26,476 nt of DNA, taken from contig JABXKD010000051.1 in the NCBI GenBank assembly GCA_013375475.1, forward strand, positions 1 to 26,476, written 5' to 3'. The notes under the pieces were generated by a model. The model had not been told where the DNA came from, made no database searches, and was given only the letters and a program-made list of their open reading frames with translations. Position 1 is the stretch's first letter; each line of letters begins with the position of its first letter. The translations under genes and the position numbers were made by a program. Positions 17,922 through 26,476 of this stretch are shown here, piece by piece. The DNA comes from Promethearchaeota archaeon. GTDB taxonomy: Archaea > Asgardarchaeota > Lokiarchaeia > Sigyniarchaeales > SOKP01.

Positions 17922-18713
17922 ATGTATATAAACATAACTCAACAGTTTGAATTAAATCCAGACGATTTGCATGATCCTATTGTCTTAATCGGGTGGCCTG
18001 GAATTGCTTTAGTAGCTCAATTAGCGATTACATCTATTAAAGACTCGATTAGTGCTAAAAAGTTTTTAGAGATTGAATATTTTGATTTTCCGCCAAAATC
18101 AAATGTTGAAAAGGGGAAAATGGAACTTCCATCAGCTAAAGTTTATTTTAAATCCAGAAAACAAAAGAAAAAACCAGATTTATTTATTTTAACCGCGAAT
18201 TATCAACCTCAAACCTCAGCAGGGGTATTTGAGTTTTCGCAAAAGTTTTGTGAAGAGATGGATAAGTTAACAGAAGGTAAAATCAAAATGTATATCAGTG
18301 CTGGCGCTATGGTAACTGATAAAATAAGAGATGTACCTCTGGTTCATGTTTGCGGGACAGATCAGGAAATTGTTAATTCGTTTTTAAAATATGAAAATAC
18401 GATTCTAATGGAAGTTGGAGTTATTGCGGGAGCAAATGGAATATTACCTGCATGGGCGGGCCAAAAGGGTTATGCTCCCGGTGTATGTTTGTTAGCAGAA
18501 ACATTGCCCCTCCCGATGATGGCTCTAGACCCTCGAGCATCTAAAGCATTACTTGTAATTTTGAAGGAATATTTTAATATTGAGATGAACTTCGACGAGT
18601 TAAATTCAAAAATCGACGAAATGGAACACGTACTTGATACATATAGAAAACAAGCAAATCAATTTATGAAAGGACCTCAAGAGGATCCTGGTTCCGATTC
18701 TTATTTTAGATAA
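17922..18713 (+). CDS. Proteasome assembly chaperone PAC2 family protein
   Basis: LIGWPGIALVAQLA, DFPP, YQP, IAGANG, CLLAET, DPRAS and a C-terminal coiled region ending SYFR. Confidence 0.9.
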   Translation: MYINITQQFELNPDDLHDPIVLIGWPGIALVAQLAITSIKDSISAKKFLEIEYFDFPPKSNVEKGKMELPSAKVYFKSRKQKKKPDLFILTANYQPQTSAGVFEFSQKFCEEMDKLTEGKIKMYISAGAMVTDKIRDVPLVHVCGTDQEIVNSFLKYENTILMEVGVIAGANGILPAWAGQKGYAPGVCLLAETLPLPMMALDPRASKALLVILKEYFNIEMNFDELNSKIDEMEHVLDTYRKQANQFMKGPQEDPGSDSYFR

Positions 18714-18724
18714 TTTTTGTATTA

Positions 18725-18733
18725 TTTTTTTTT
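18725..18733 (+). terminator. Oligo-T (T9) terminator after the PAC2 gene
   Basis: T-rich tract just downstream of the stop at 18713. Confidence 0.4.
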
Positions 18734-18823
18734 GGAATAACCCAAAAGTTAAAATTTATTTGGTTAAGGATAATTTTAATTTATTAAACTATATAACAAT
18801 AAATTCAGTGAAAAAGGTTAAAT

Positions 18824-20833
18824 ATGAAGTTTTATAAATTGTTTACCCCATTTAAGATTGGAAAAATGAGCGTTTCAAATCGTATAGTTATGCCCGCAAT
18901 AAATCTCAATATGGCTAACGATGGGTATATAACTCAAAAGTTAATTGATTTTTATGTAGAAAGAGCAAAGGGTGGTGCTGGAATGCTTATTGTAGGAGGA
19001 TGTTACGTAGATCTTTATGCAAAAGGACATCCGATGATGATCTCCATTGATAGTGATGATTATTTACCAACTTTGACCCAATTAACACAAGCAGTCCATG
19101 ATGCGAGGGATGATGTAAAGATATGTGCTCAAATGTACCATGGTGGTGCATACACTATGCCTTTAGTAATTGGTAAAGCCCCAATTGCCCCTTCGGCAGT
19201 ATATAGTAAATTTAGTAAAACTACACCCCGAGAAATGACTCTTGAAGACATCAAAAATGAACAACAAGCATTCGCCGATGCTGGTTTGCGCGCTAAAAAA
19301 GCGGGTTTCGATGCGGTCGAAATTTGTGCTAATGCTGGCTACTTAATGACTCAATTTATATCCCCAAAAACGAACAAACGAACTGATAATTACGGTGGTG
19401 ACCTTGAAGACCGACTTAGATTTCCTATTGAAACTATGGAGTTAATGAGATCTAAGTTAGGGGATATTCCACTTGGTTATAGGATATCTGGGGATGATTT
19501 TGTACCGAATAGTAATACGTATAAAGAGAAGGCGGTTATAGCTGAAGAACTCTCCAAATATCTAGATTATCTCAATGTAACTGGGGGGTGGCATGAAACT
19601 AAAACCCCTCAAACAACAATGGACGTTCCAGAAGGATGTTATTCCTATTTAGCAGAAAATATAAAGAATCATGTTTCTATACCAGTATTTTCTTCCAATA
19701 GAATAAACACAGCAGAATTAGCTGAGAAGATTTTAATGACTGGAAAAGCTGATGCTGTATGTATGGGTCGAACTTTAATTGCTGATCCCTATCTCCCTGA
19801 GAAGGCAAAGAGAGGAGAATTAAACGATATTATGAATTGTATTGGCTGCAATCAAGGATGTTTTGATGCTATCTTTAACATGCAGTCAGTTGGTTGTTTA
19901 CGAAACGCGAGAGCTGGTAGAGAAGCTAAAACTGAGTTAAATCCACTTGAAACCAAGAAAAATGTCATGATAATTGGAGCAGGCCCGGCAGGATTAGAAG
20001 CAGCTCGCGTTGCCGCCATGAGAGGTCATGAAGTGCATTTATATGAAAAGGATGATAAAATTGGTGGATTATTAAATATAATATGGATTCCGCCAGGGAG
20101 GAACGAATTTAAGAGAATTATTGAAAGCTACAATTATTGGATTCAGAAACATAATATTCGAGTTCACCTACAACAAGAAGTAACAATTGATAGAGTTAAA
20201 GAAGTAAATCCCGATGTTGTGTTTGTAGCAACTGGTTCCACTCCTATTAAGCCTAAAATTGCAGGAATTGAAGGAGATAATGTATTTTGGGCAAACGATG
20301 TGTTTAAAGGAGATGCCCCAGTAGGGAGAAATAACGTAATCATTGGGGGGGGATCTACAGGTATAGAATTAGCTATATATATCGCTAAATACGGATCTAT
20401 GGATACTGACTCGTTTAATTTTCTCACCCTTTATAAAGCATTAGAGCCAGAAGTAGCATTAAAAATGATGCAAGAAGGCAGGAACAAAGTGACTGTTCTA
20501 GAACAACTACCTAAATTAGGAACTGCACTCGGTAAGACGACTAAATGGGTCCTTTTAGACAAGTGCGATTATCTTGGGGTGAAAAAGTATACTAGTGTAA
20601 AAGTGACTGAAATAGGTAAGGATCATGTGTCTTACATAGACGCTAACGACACTGAACAACAAATCAACCATGTTGATTATGTCTATTATGCCACAGGTGT
20701 TAGACCGAACGATTCTCTTTTTAAAGAGATAAAATCTTTGAAAATACCTGTTGAAAAGCTTGGGGATGCTAAAAAACCGCAGACAGTTCTAGAGGCTATT
20801 AGTAGAGGATATAATCTAGGTAACCGAATTTGA
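18824..20833 (+). CDS. fadH: 2,4-dienoyl-CoA reductase (old yellow enzyme barrel + 4Fe-4S + FAD/NADPH domains)
   Basis: NRIVMP, ERAKGGAG, AGFDAVEI..GYL, NKRTDNYGG, GGWHE, CIGCNQGC...C, GAGPAG and GGGSTG; FadH-type Tyr/His pair retained. Confidence 0.88.
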   Translation: MKFYKLFTPFKIGKMSVSNRIVMPAINLNMANDGYITQKLIDFYVERAKGGAGMLIVGGCYVDLYAKGHPMMISIDSDDYLPTLTQLTQAVHDARDDVKICAQMYHGGAYTMPLVIGKAPIAPSAVYSKFSKTTPREMTLEDIKNEQQAFADAGLRAKKAGFDAVEICANAGYLMTQFISPKTNKRTDNYGGDLEDRLRFPIETMELMRSKLGDIPLGYRISGDDFVPNSNTYKEKAVIAEELSKYLDYLNVTGGWHETKTPQTTMDVPEGCYSYLAENIKNHVSIPVFSSNRINTAELAEKILMTGKADAVCMGRTLIADPYLPEKAKRGELNDIMNCIGCNQGCFDAIFNMQSVGCLRNARAGREAKTELNPLETKKNVMIIGAGPAGLEAARVAAMRGHEVHLYEKDDKIGGLLNIIWIPPGRNEFKRIIESYNYWIQKHNIRVHLQQEVTIDRVKEVNPDVVFVATGSTPIKPKIAGIEGDNVFWANDVFKGDAPVGRNNVIIGGGSTGIELAIYIAKYGSMDTDSFNFLTLYKALEPEVALKMMQEGRNKVTVLEQLPKLGTALGKTTKWVLLDKCDYLGVKKYTSVKVTEIGKDHVSYIDANDTEQQINHVDYVYYATGVRPNDSLFKEIKSLKIPVEKLGDAKKPQTVLEAISRGYNLGNRI

Positions 20834-20899
20834 GTATTTTACTCAACTTTTAATTTTCACTTTAAATTTTTATTATAGGAAATTGTATTTCAAGAAAAG

Positions 20900-21889
20900 A
20901 TGCAAGATATCGATTCGAGTAGCTCTAGAGAAACAAATGATAAAATAAAGCATTATATCTCTAGTAATCTAAAAGGTTTAAATGAACAATCACGTAATTA
21001 CATTAAAGACATCGTAGTTTTAATCAATAAAGAAATTGGCATTAATAAAATCATATCTCTTCTTTTATTTGGAAGCCAACAAGAAGAATCAGAAAGCACT
21101 ATTGTGTCTGATTGCGATCTGCTCTTCATTTTTAAAAATCGAGTCTCAAGCCATCATATTAAAGAAATCGAAAGGTATTTTCTGGCACTAGAAATTAAGC
21201 ACAGTTTTAAAGAACCAACAGCTAAGCTAACCAGCGAAGTACTTAGTGTCATTCAGCAATCAACGGGAATGTTTATGAGTCATTTTCTAACTAAGCAAAA
21301 ATATTGGGAACAGGCGATTTTTTATAAGATTTTTCGGGTAAACCGCGTGTTTTCAGCATTATTTGCGCCTCGAAATATTGTTTTAGGTAATGTTATTCAA
21401 AACAGTACTATTTTATACGGTGATGATCTCAGAAATGACCTCAGGAAAAAAATTAAAATTTCTATTCGTGAGATGATTAGAAGTAGTGTCATGAATCTCT
21501 TTATTTCTTTTTTTGCGCTACTCATTGGACCAATTAAAGAATTGAATTCAATAAAATACCAACTAGAAGCTATCAAATGGTCGTTAAAAGCTTCAAATTA
21601 TTATTGCTATGAAGATTCAGTATTGATAGATAAAATCGTTGATAGATTCATTTCATTTGAAAAACCTAAAAAAAGAATGAATGCTGAGAAATTTTACCGA
21701 AGATTTATCAAACTAAGACGAAATCCATCCAATGATCTAAAGTTTATGATATATACACCTATTAGAATTCTGAAGATTCATGTGAAAGCAATACTCTTCA
21801 GAAAGCTGATAAAAAAAAAAATAAGCGGAAAGCCATCGCAATCTAAAAAACAGATTCCAGAGCCAAGATATTTTCCATTGACTTATTAA
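20900..21889 (+). CDS. Pol-beta superfamily nucleotidyltransferase domain protein with helical C-terminal domain
   Basis: hLFGS-x9-SDCDLL signature; ILYG at the end of the NTase domain. Confidence 0.78.
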   Translation: MQDIDSSSSRETNDKIKHYISSNLKGLNEQSRNYIKDIVVLINKEIGINKIISLLLFGSQQEESESTIVSDCDLLFIFKNRVSSHHIKEIERYFLALEIKHSFKEPTAKLTSEVLSVIQQSTGMFMSHFLTKQKYWEQAIFYKIFRVNRVFSALFAPRNIVLGNVIQNSTILYGDDLRNDLRKKIKISIREMIRSSVMNLFISFFALLIGPIKELNSIKYQLEAIKWSLKASNYYCYEDSVLIDKIVDRFISFEKPKKRMNAEKFYRRFIKLRRNPSNDLKFMIYTPIRILKIHVKAILFRKLIKKKISGKPSQSKKQIPEPRYFPLTY

Positions 21890-22058
21890 CTAAGAGTAAT
21901 AGTGTAAGCTTATACATTCTTAACTTTAGATGGAATGACTAACCTTAAAAATTATATTAATTGGTAAATTAGAATTCTTTAGATAGGATATTTTTATATT
22001 ATCAAAGGTATATTAGTAATTAGAAATAAAAATTCACTTACGATTAACTTCTATTAAA

Positions 22059-22613
22059 ATGGAAAAAGAGATTATTGATATTAAGGAATTATTTCTCGAT
22101 ATCTTAGCTATTGTTAAGTTTGAACTGAGGTTTTATAAAGATAAAGAGAGCCCGATGTTTACGAGAATCGTTAAAACACGCGTATTTCAGCAAAAACTCC
22201 AAAAATTAAAAGATTTCATCAGCGCCTATTTTGAGATTATGTATAGCGACGATAGTCCTATAAGTCAAGCTGCGTTACAAGCACAGCTAGATAATATTGC
22301 TCGTATAACAAATTATTACAACGATCTTTCCGGATTTTACAAAGACCAGACTAAAACTCTGATCACGAAAGAGAAACTTCTTAGTATGATAGACTACAGT
22401 CATATTGAGATACTTTTCTTGGTGTTTACTAATATATTAGATTACGAGCATTACAAAAGTAGTTTAATCTTTCCTCAAGATAAAGAGAAAGAAAAGCTTT
22501 TAAAGGAATTTCTAAATAGAATTGCGAGTTCTGATATAAAAGAAGTCGAGGATTTAATTGATCTTGAACAGGCTATTGATAATTTTATAGAACGAGTCGA
22601 AGTAGGCATATAA
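22059..22613 (+). CDS. Hypothetical alpha-helical protein
   Basis: 184-aa ATG ORF filling intergenic space; no motif recognised. Confidence 0.75.
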   Translation: MEKEIIDIKELFLDILAIVKFELRFYKDKESPMFTRIVKTRVFQQKLQKLKDFISAYFEIMYSDDSPISQAALQAQLDNIARITNYYNDLSGFYKDQTKTLITKEKLLSMIDYSHIEILFLVFTNILDYEHYKSSLIFPQDKEKEKLLKEFLNRIASSDIKEVEDLIDLEQAIDNFIERVEVGI

Positions 22614-22731
22614 AAAAAATATCCAAATTTAGAGCTCTTCGAGTAATATTGGGTTATCTTCTTTTTTCTCTTGCGACATTTAGTCAAGAATATTTTTATA
22701 CTCGAATTATCATGTATCAGTAAATAAAATA

Positions 22732-23112
22732 TTGAAGATTAAGAGATTTTCAAGAGCGCAAATTTATGTAATTCTTGAACTCTCACAAGGGTATAGGAAT
22801 AAATTTAAAATGGATTGCGTAGCAAATATCTTAGATTTTTACAATAGAAAATCTAAGGATGAGGAGATCGACATATCTCAATGTCGCAAGGTTTGGTTAA
22901 GCAATCTCCTTATTAAAATTATGAATGACTTTAATTCGGGAAGAACAAACGATTTAGAACTCAAAAATTGTTTAATTTTACTTGTAAATTTATTCTCAAA
23001 TAATGATAGTCCCGATAACTACAATCATAAAGGAAAAAGCACCAAGGAGTTAGTAAATAACGAAAGAGATGATTATAAAGAGATTTTAAAATCAGAATTT
23101 TTAAACAACTAA
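22732..23112 (+). CDS. Hypothetical protein
   Basis: 126-aa TTG ORF with a TATA-like TTTTTATA at 22693-22700; no motif recognised. Confidence 0.65.
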   Translation: MKIKRFSRAQIYVILELSQGYRNKFKMDCVANILDFYNRKSKDEEIDISQCRKVWLSNLLIKIMNDFNSGRTNDLELKNCLILLVNLFSNNDSPDNYNHKGKSTKELVNNERDDYKEILKSEFLNN

Positions 23113-23132
23113 TGAATTAAATATTAATAATT

Positions 23133-25415
23133 TTAGAACACTTTCAATTCTAATTCCTTCAAATTATCATAATCGTTAAAAATAGCATCAATTTCGTCCA
23201 ATACTTCCAAAATTGTGTCTTTAGTCTTCTTATCCTGACCAAAAGTTTCCACAATTACTTTAAAGAGGTTAATATTATACTCAAGCGTTAACTCAGATAT
23301 TTTTATTAAATCCTTTTCAGTAATCCCTTTTTCTTCTAATTTTTCGAATATCCCTTCGAATTCCTCTTTCAAATTATTTGTCGCTGTTAAGGCTTTGGAA
23401 CATTTTTCTAATAGTTCTTGTTCTTTATCGTATACAAACTTATCCTCGTCACGTAGCTCTGAATTGTCTAAAATGACATCTAATCGCTCATTTAATAGGT
23501 TTTTTACTCTCTCGTAGATTTTGATTGAGTCTAAAATTTTACCCCTGCTCTTAATTAAATCGTTTTTTCTTAGTAGCCGAGCTTCTATTATTTTCAAATA
23601 AGCATCTTCATAAAGGATTTGAAGATCTCCAAAAGTACTTCTTTCTCCTTCCGCAATTTTTAACCTAATCTGTCTTAAATCTTCGTTAAACATGTCTATT
23701 TCTTTAGCGGTTAAATCCTCTAACTCAAGAATCTTAAAAATTTGATTAGCCATATTTTTGATTGAGTTTGCCTTAACATTAAGTTTGTGTGCTCTTTTCT
23801 CTATTTTGGTAATGCTCCTAAATTCTCCTTCCTTTTCACAATAACTTAAAATTGCAATAGCTTCTTCTAGCAATTTATTAAATTTCAACGTATCTGATAA
23901 GATGTAGTACTTTGAATCTTGGACTTTTTGAGTAGCTCTATCCATTTGAATTTCTAATTCAAAGATAAAATCCAACAAATTTATCTGCTTTCTTTCCGAA
24001 AGAATCGTAGATTTATATTCCATGTCGGCTTCAACAGATCTACCAGCGAGGAACCATAGTAAAGCGGAAGGTACCCAAAGAAATACCGAAAAGAGCATCA
24101 TATTAAACACACTTCCAAAAAATGAGATCAAAGAAAAGGATATCAATAGCGTAATTCCTTTTCCCACTTGCTCTGCTAGACTAAAAAAGGAAGTAGAAGT
24201 TCCTTTGTGCTCAGGAAGATTAACATCCACCATAACTGCATTCTTGTTTGACACCCAACCTGTACTAAACACTGCTCCTATAAATCCAAATACGAAATAA
24301 TAAATATAATTTGGAGAAACTTTAAAAATCTCTATAATCGTTAAAATTACATATTCTGCCATCTCTCCGGGAGGTATTGGAGTTGGATAATTTAGATTAG
24401 TTACCACTTCGTTGCTAATAGGTTGTATAGAAAATAACATTAAAAGTACAAATGGAATACTGAGGAGCATACAAGCTGTTGCTAATCGAGTTCGATTTTT
24501 TTTGTTTTTTCGAAATAAAATATCGCCTATATATGACATAATTGCATTTCCTAACAAATAACCAACTCCTAAAAGACCAGCAAATATCGCGGCGGTTTGA
24601 AGTTTTATATCAATTGGTAGTATATAGAAATAATGAGTTGAGAGCATAGAAGTCATAAAGTAAACGAAAAGCGTTCCTGGGATTATCGCGAAAAAGCCCT
24701 GGATGATTAAATATTTGTTTGTCTTCTTTTTTAGTATATTACCTAAATCTTTTTTTGATATTTTATAACTATATTCTAAATTCAATTCGACGAGATCTAA
24801 TAACTCGTTCTCACTGGCTCCCCGTTGAGGGATTTTGACAAAAAATAAGACACATACTATCACTATACTAATTCCCGATAACAAAAAGAATGGAAATCTC
24901 CAACCCAATATCGGTCCTATGAAGGAAGACAAGGCTTGACCACTACCGTTAGAAATTGAGCTCAAAATCGCGAGCGTGCCGAACCAGCCGGATCTTTCAT
25001 CAGGAGGAATCGCATCGGAGATAATGGAATAGCCAACTGGTATTACACATCCCAATCCGATTCCGCTTATCATTCTCGAAATCAGTATTACTACGAATGA
25101 TGTTGAAAAACCCGTCAACATCATACCGAGAGTCCAAGAAAACGCACCTGCGATTATTACTTTGGTTCTATCAATTCTATCGGTATAATATCCCCAAATT
25201 AAAGCAAAGGTGGCACTCGTCAACAAAAAAAACGAATCTGGAATTGCTATGAGCGCCTCAGGAATACCAAACTCAAATTGAATAACGCCATAACTTGGAA
25301 TTAGCATATTGGCGCAGGCAATTGACACGAATAGTAATAACATGACTAAAATAATTGGAGCTAAATCCTTTACTTTAATCCTCGTTAGCTTAAAGCGCAC
25401 TATAGAAATTACCAA
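23133..25415 (-). CDS. MFS transporter (Spinster-like) fused to a ~290-aa soluble helical C-terminal domain
   Basis: MFS motif A WGYYTDRIDR, SRMISGIG, ISDAIPPDERS, GWRFPF and DVNLPEHKG; charged all-alpha tail. The start may be GTG 25400. Confidence 0.88.
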   Translation of the reverse strand: MVISIVRFKLTRIKVKDLAPIILVMLLLFVSIACANMLIPSYGVIQFEFGIPEALIAIPDSFFLLTSATFALIWGYYTDRIDRTKVIIAGAFSWTLGMMLTGFSTSFVVILISRMISGIGLGCVIPVGYSIISDAIPPDERSGWFGTLAILSSISNGSGQALSSFIGPILGWRFPFFLLSGISIVIVCVLFFVKIPQRGASENELLDLVELNLEYSYKISKKDLGNILKKKTNKYLIIQGFFAIIPGTLFVYFMTSMLSTHYFYILPIDIKLQTAAIFAGLLGVGYLLGNAIMSYIGDILFRKNKKNRTRLATACMLLSIPFVLLMLFSIQPISNEVVTNLNYPTPIPPGEMAEYVILTIIEIFKVSPNYIYYFVFGFIGAVFSTGWVSNKNAVMVDVNLPEHKGTSTSFFSLAEQVGKGITLLISFSLISFFGSVFNMMLFSVFLWVPSALLWFLAGRSVEADMEYKSTILSERKQINLLDFIFELEIQMDRATQKVQDSKYYILSDTLKFNKLLEEAIAILSYCEKEGEFRSITKIEKRAHKLNVKANSIKNMANQIFKILELEDLTAKEIDMFNEDLRQIRLKIAEGERSTFGDLQILYEDAYLKIIEARLLRKNDLIKSRGKILDSIKIYERVKNLLNERLDVILDNSELRDEDKFVYDKEQELLEKCSKALTATNNLKEEFEGIFEKLEEKGITEKDLIKISELTLEYNINLFKVIVETFGQDKKTKDTILEVLDEIDAIFNDYDNLKELELKVF

Positions 25416-25513
25416 TTATTCATTATTATCTTAATTATTAAATAGCAGTTGGGAATTAAAAAAGCTTTCAAACAGTTGGAAATTTACAAAAAAAACTTCG
25501 GAAAGTATGATAA

Positions 25514-26218
25514 TTACAGCGATCCTCTCTTTTCTAGGCAATATTTTAAGGCGGCATCTACATGAATTTCAACTGTATCGAGCAAAATTACATCAATATC
25601 ATTTTGTTGGAGTATTAAAGGCAATTCGGTGCATCCAAGAATAACCCCATCTACAACGTAGTTGTTTATTATTTTTAAGAGCGTTTCTTTGCTCTTTTTC
25701 GTAAACTTACCGATTACTAACTCATCAAAAATAATTTGGTTTATTTTATCTTGTTCTGATTCTAAAGGAGTTATAACCTTCATATCTAATTTCGCAAAAT
25801 AGTCTTTATAGAATGAAGATTGCATCGTATATTTGATTCCCAATAATAAAAGTTTACTCAAATTCTTGCGTTTCGCTTCCGTTGCTGTAGCTTCTACAAT
25901 ACTCAGTATTGGGACTTCTGATTTTTGAACCAATTTATTATAAACTGCATGAGGCGAATTTGCCGCCATAATAATGAATTCTGATCCCCCCATTTTTAAA
26001 GAGTTAATCCCTTTCATTAAATAATCCACATAAATACCTTCATCGTCACCCAATTCATAATCAATTACTTCTTGAAAATCAAGACTATAAATTAACACTT
26101 CTGGATAATGATAGTCTTGGTATCTATCGTAATACTTCTGAAGAAGCAAATCATAATATTTTATTGTCGATTCATATGACATTCCGCCTAATATTCCAAC
26201 TTTTTTCATTTCCATCAA
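25514..26218 (-). CDS. Aspartate/glutamate racemase family protein (first catalytic Cys replaced by Ala)
   Basis: GILGGMSYEST..YY, AANSPH, LLG..TM and ILGCTELP. Start is TTG 26218, ATG 26215 or ATG 26209. Confidence 0.92.
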   Translation of the reverse strand: MMEMKKVGILGGMSYESTIKYYDLLLQKYYDRYQDYHYPEVLIYSLDFQEVIDYELGDDEGIYVDYLMKGINSLKMGGSEFIIMAANSPHAVYNKLVQKSEVPILSIVEATATEAKRKNLSKLLLLGIKYTMQSSFYKDYFAKLDMKVITPLESEQDKINQIIFDELVIGKFTKKSKETLLKIINNYVVDGVILGCTELPLILQQNDIDVILLDTVEIHVDAALKYCLEKRGSL

Positions 26219-26257
26219 ATTAAATTAAGTCTTGCTAATTTATAAATGCATAAAATC

Positions 26258-26281
26258 TTCGTGAAACCGAAATTTCACGAA
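26258..26281. promoter_or_regulatory. Perfect inverted repeat TTCGTGAAA-N6-TTTCACGAA, candidate transcription-factor site or hairpin
   Basis: 9-bp arms in the divergent intergenic region, next to TTTATAAA at 26239-26246. Confidence 0.55.
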
Positions 26282-26354
26282 TTATCAAACCTATATGAAT
26301 ATATTCTTATTTATACATAACTCACACCTATTAATTAAGTCTCAATAAATTAAG

Positions 26355-26476
26355 ATGAATCAAATGGTTGTTAAAGGAAAATTACTAGTTGTACCAATTT
26401 TAATTTTAATTGGAGGAACTATTTTCCTTTTTTCAAGCGCTTTAGTTTCTGAAGCATTAATCGAAATCGGACATAT
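26355..26476 (+). CDS. 5' end of a secreted/membrane protein, truncated by the window edge
   Basis: ATG 26355, open to the end: MNQMVVKGKLLVVPILILIGGTIFLFSSALVSEALIEIGH (hydrophobic N-terminus). Confidence 0.6.
   Translation, partial: MNQMVVKGKLLVVPILILIGGTIFLFSSALVSEALIEIGH

Noticed and set aside
18738-18767. Imperfect inverted repeat TAACCCAAA...TTTGGTTA upstream of fadH
   Set aside because: Needs a bulge and is AT-rich; insufficient support as an operator.
21811-21821. A11 run in the NTase gene as a phase-variation tract
   Set aside because: In frame, near the 3' end, encodes KKK in an AT-rich genome; slippage would change only the tail.
190-24300. Short ORF-track entries overlapping real genes (190-396, 929-1123, 4340-4555, 4734-4943, 5205-5411, 5249-5446, 6150-6374, 6602-6790, 7144-7353, 9567-9833, 10694-10894, 10888-11229, 12812-13030, 15964-16170, 16255-16614, 16618-16803, 20164-20427, 22475-22687, 24022-24300)
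   Set aside because: Antisense or off-frame shadows of better-supported CDS, with no recognisable motifs.
1-26476. CRISPR array, tRNA/rRNA, IS element, prophage
   Set aside because: No regularly spaced repeats, no GC-rich structured RNA segment, no transposase, integrase or viral genes; all intergenic gaps are under ~180 nt.

Overview
AT-rich, gene-dense chromosomal window, most likely from an Asgard archaeon of the Lokiarchaeia. This is inferred from GGTGA/GAGGT Shine-Dalgarno sites, oligo-T terminators, a Loki-CTERM/PGF-CTERM surface protein, PAC2, DUF2070, an Arf-like small GTPase and a longin-like protein. It holds about 22 full-length CDS, one apparently frameshifted small gene and two edge-truncated ORFs. 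I saw no rRNA, tRNA, CRISPR array or mobile element. Much of the content is acyl-CoA/fatty-acid metabolism: a FabK/NMO-like flavoprotein, an acyl-CoA ligase, a FabH-like condensing enzyme, an alpha/beta hydrolase and a FadH. The best candidate for an undescribed system is a coupled two-gene unit of an Arf-like GTPase and a longin(uDENN-like)-winged-helix fusion, with a perfect palindrome between its TATA-like box and start codon, i.e. a possible GTPase-controlled transcription switch. Also notable: an MFS transporter fused to tandem MIT-like helical bundles, a 10-TM protein built from five repeats, a probable ATA start codon, and two enzymes missing a canonical catalytic residue. All family assignments come from motifs recognised by eye; no searches were run.
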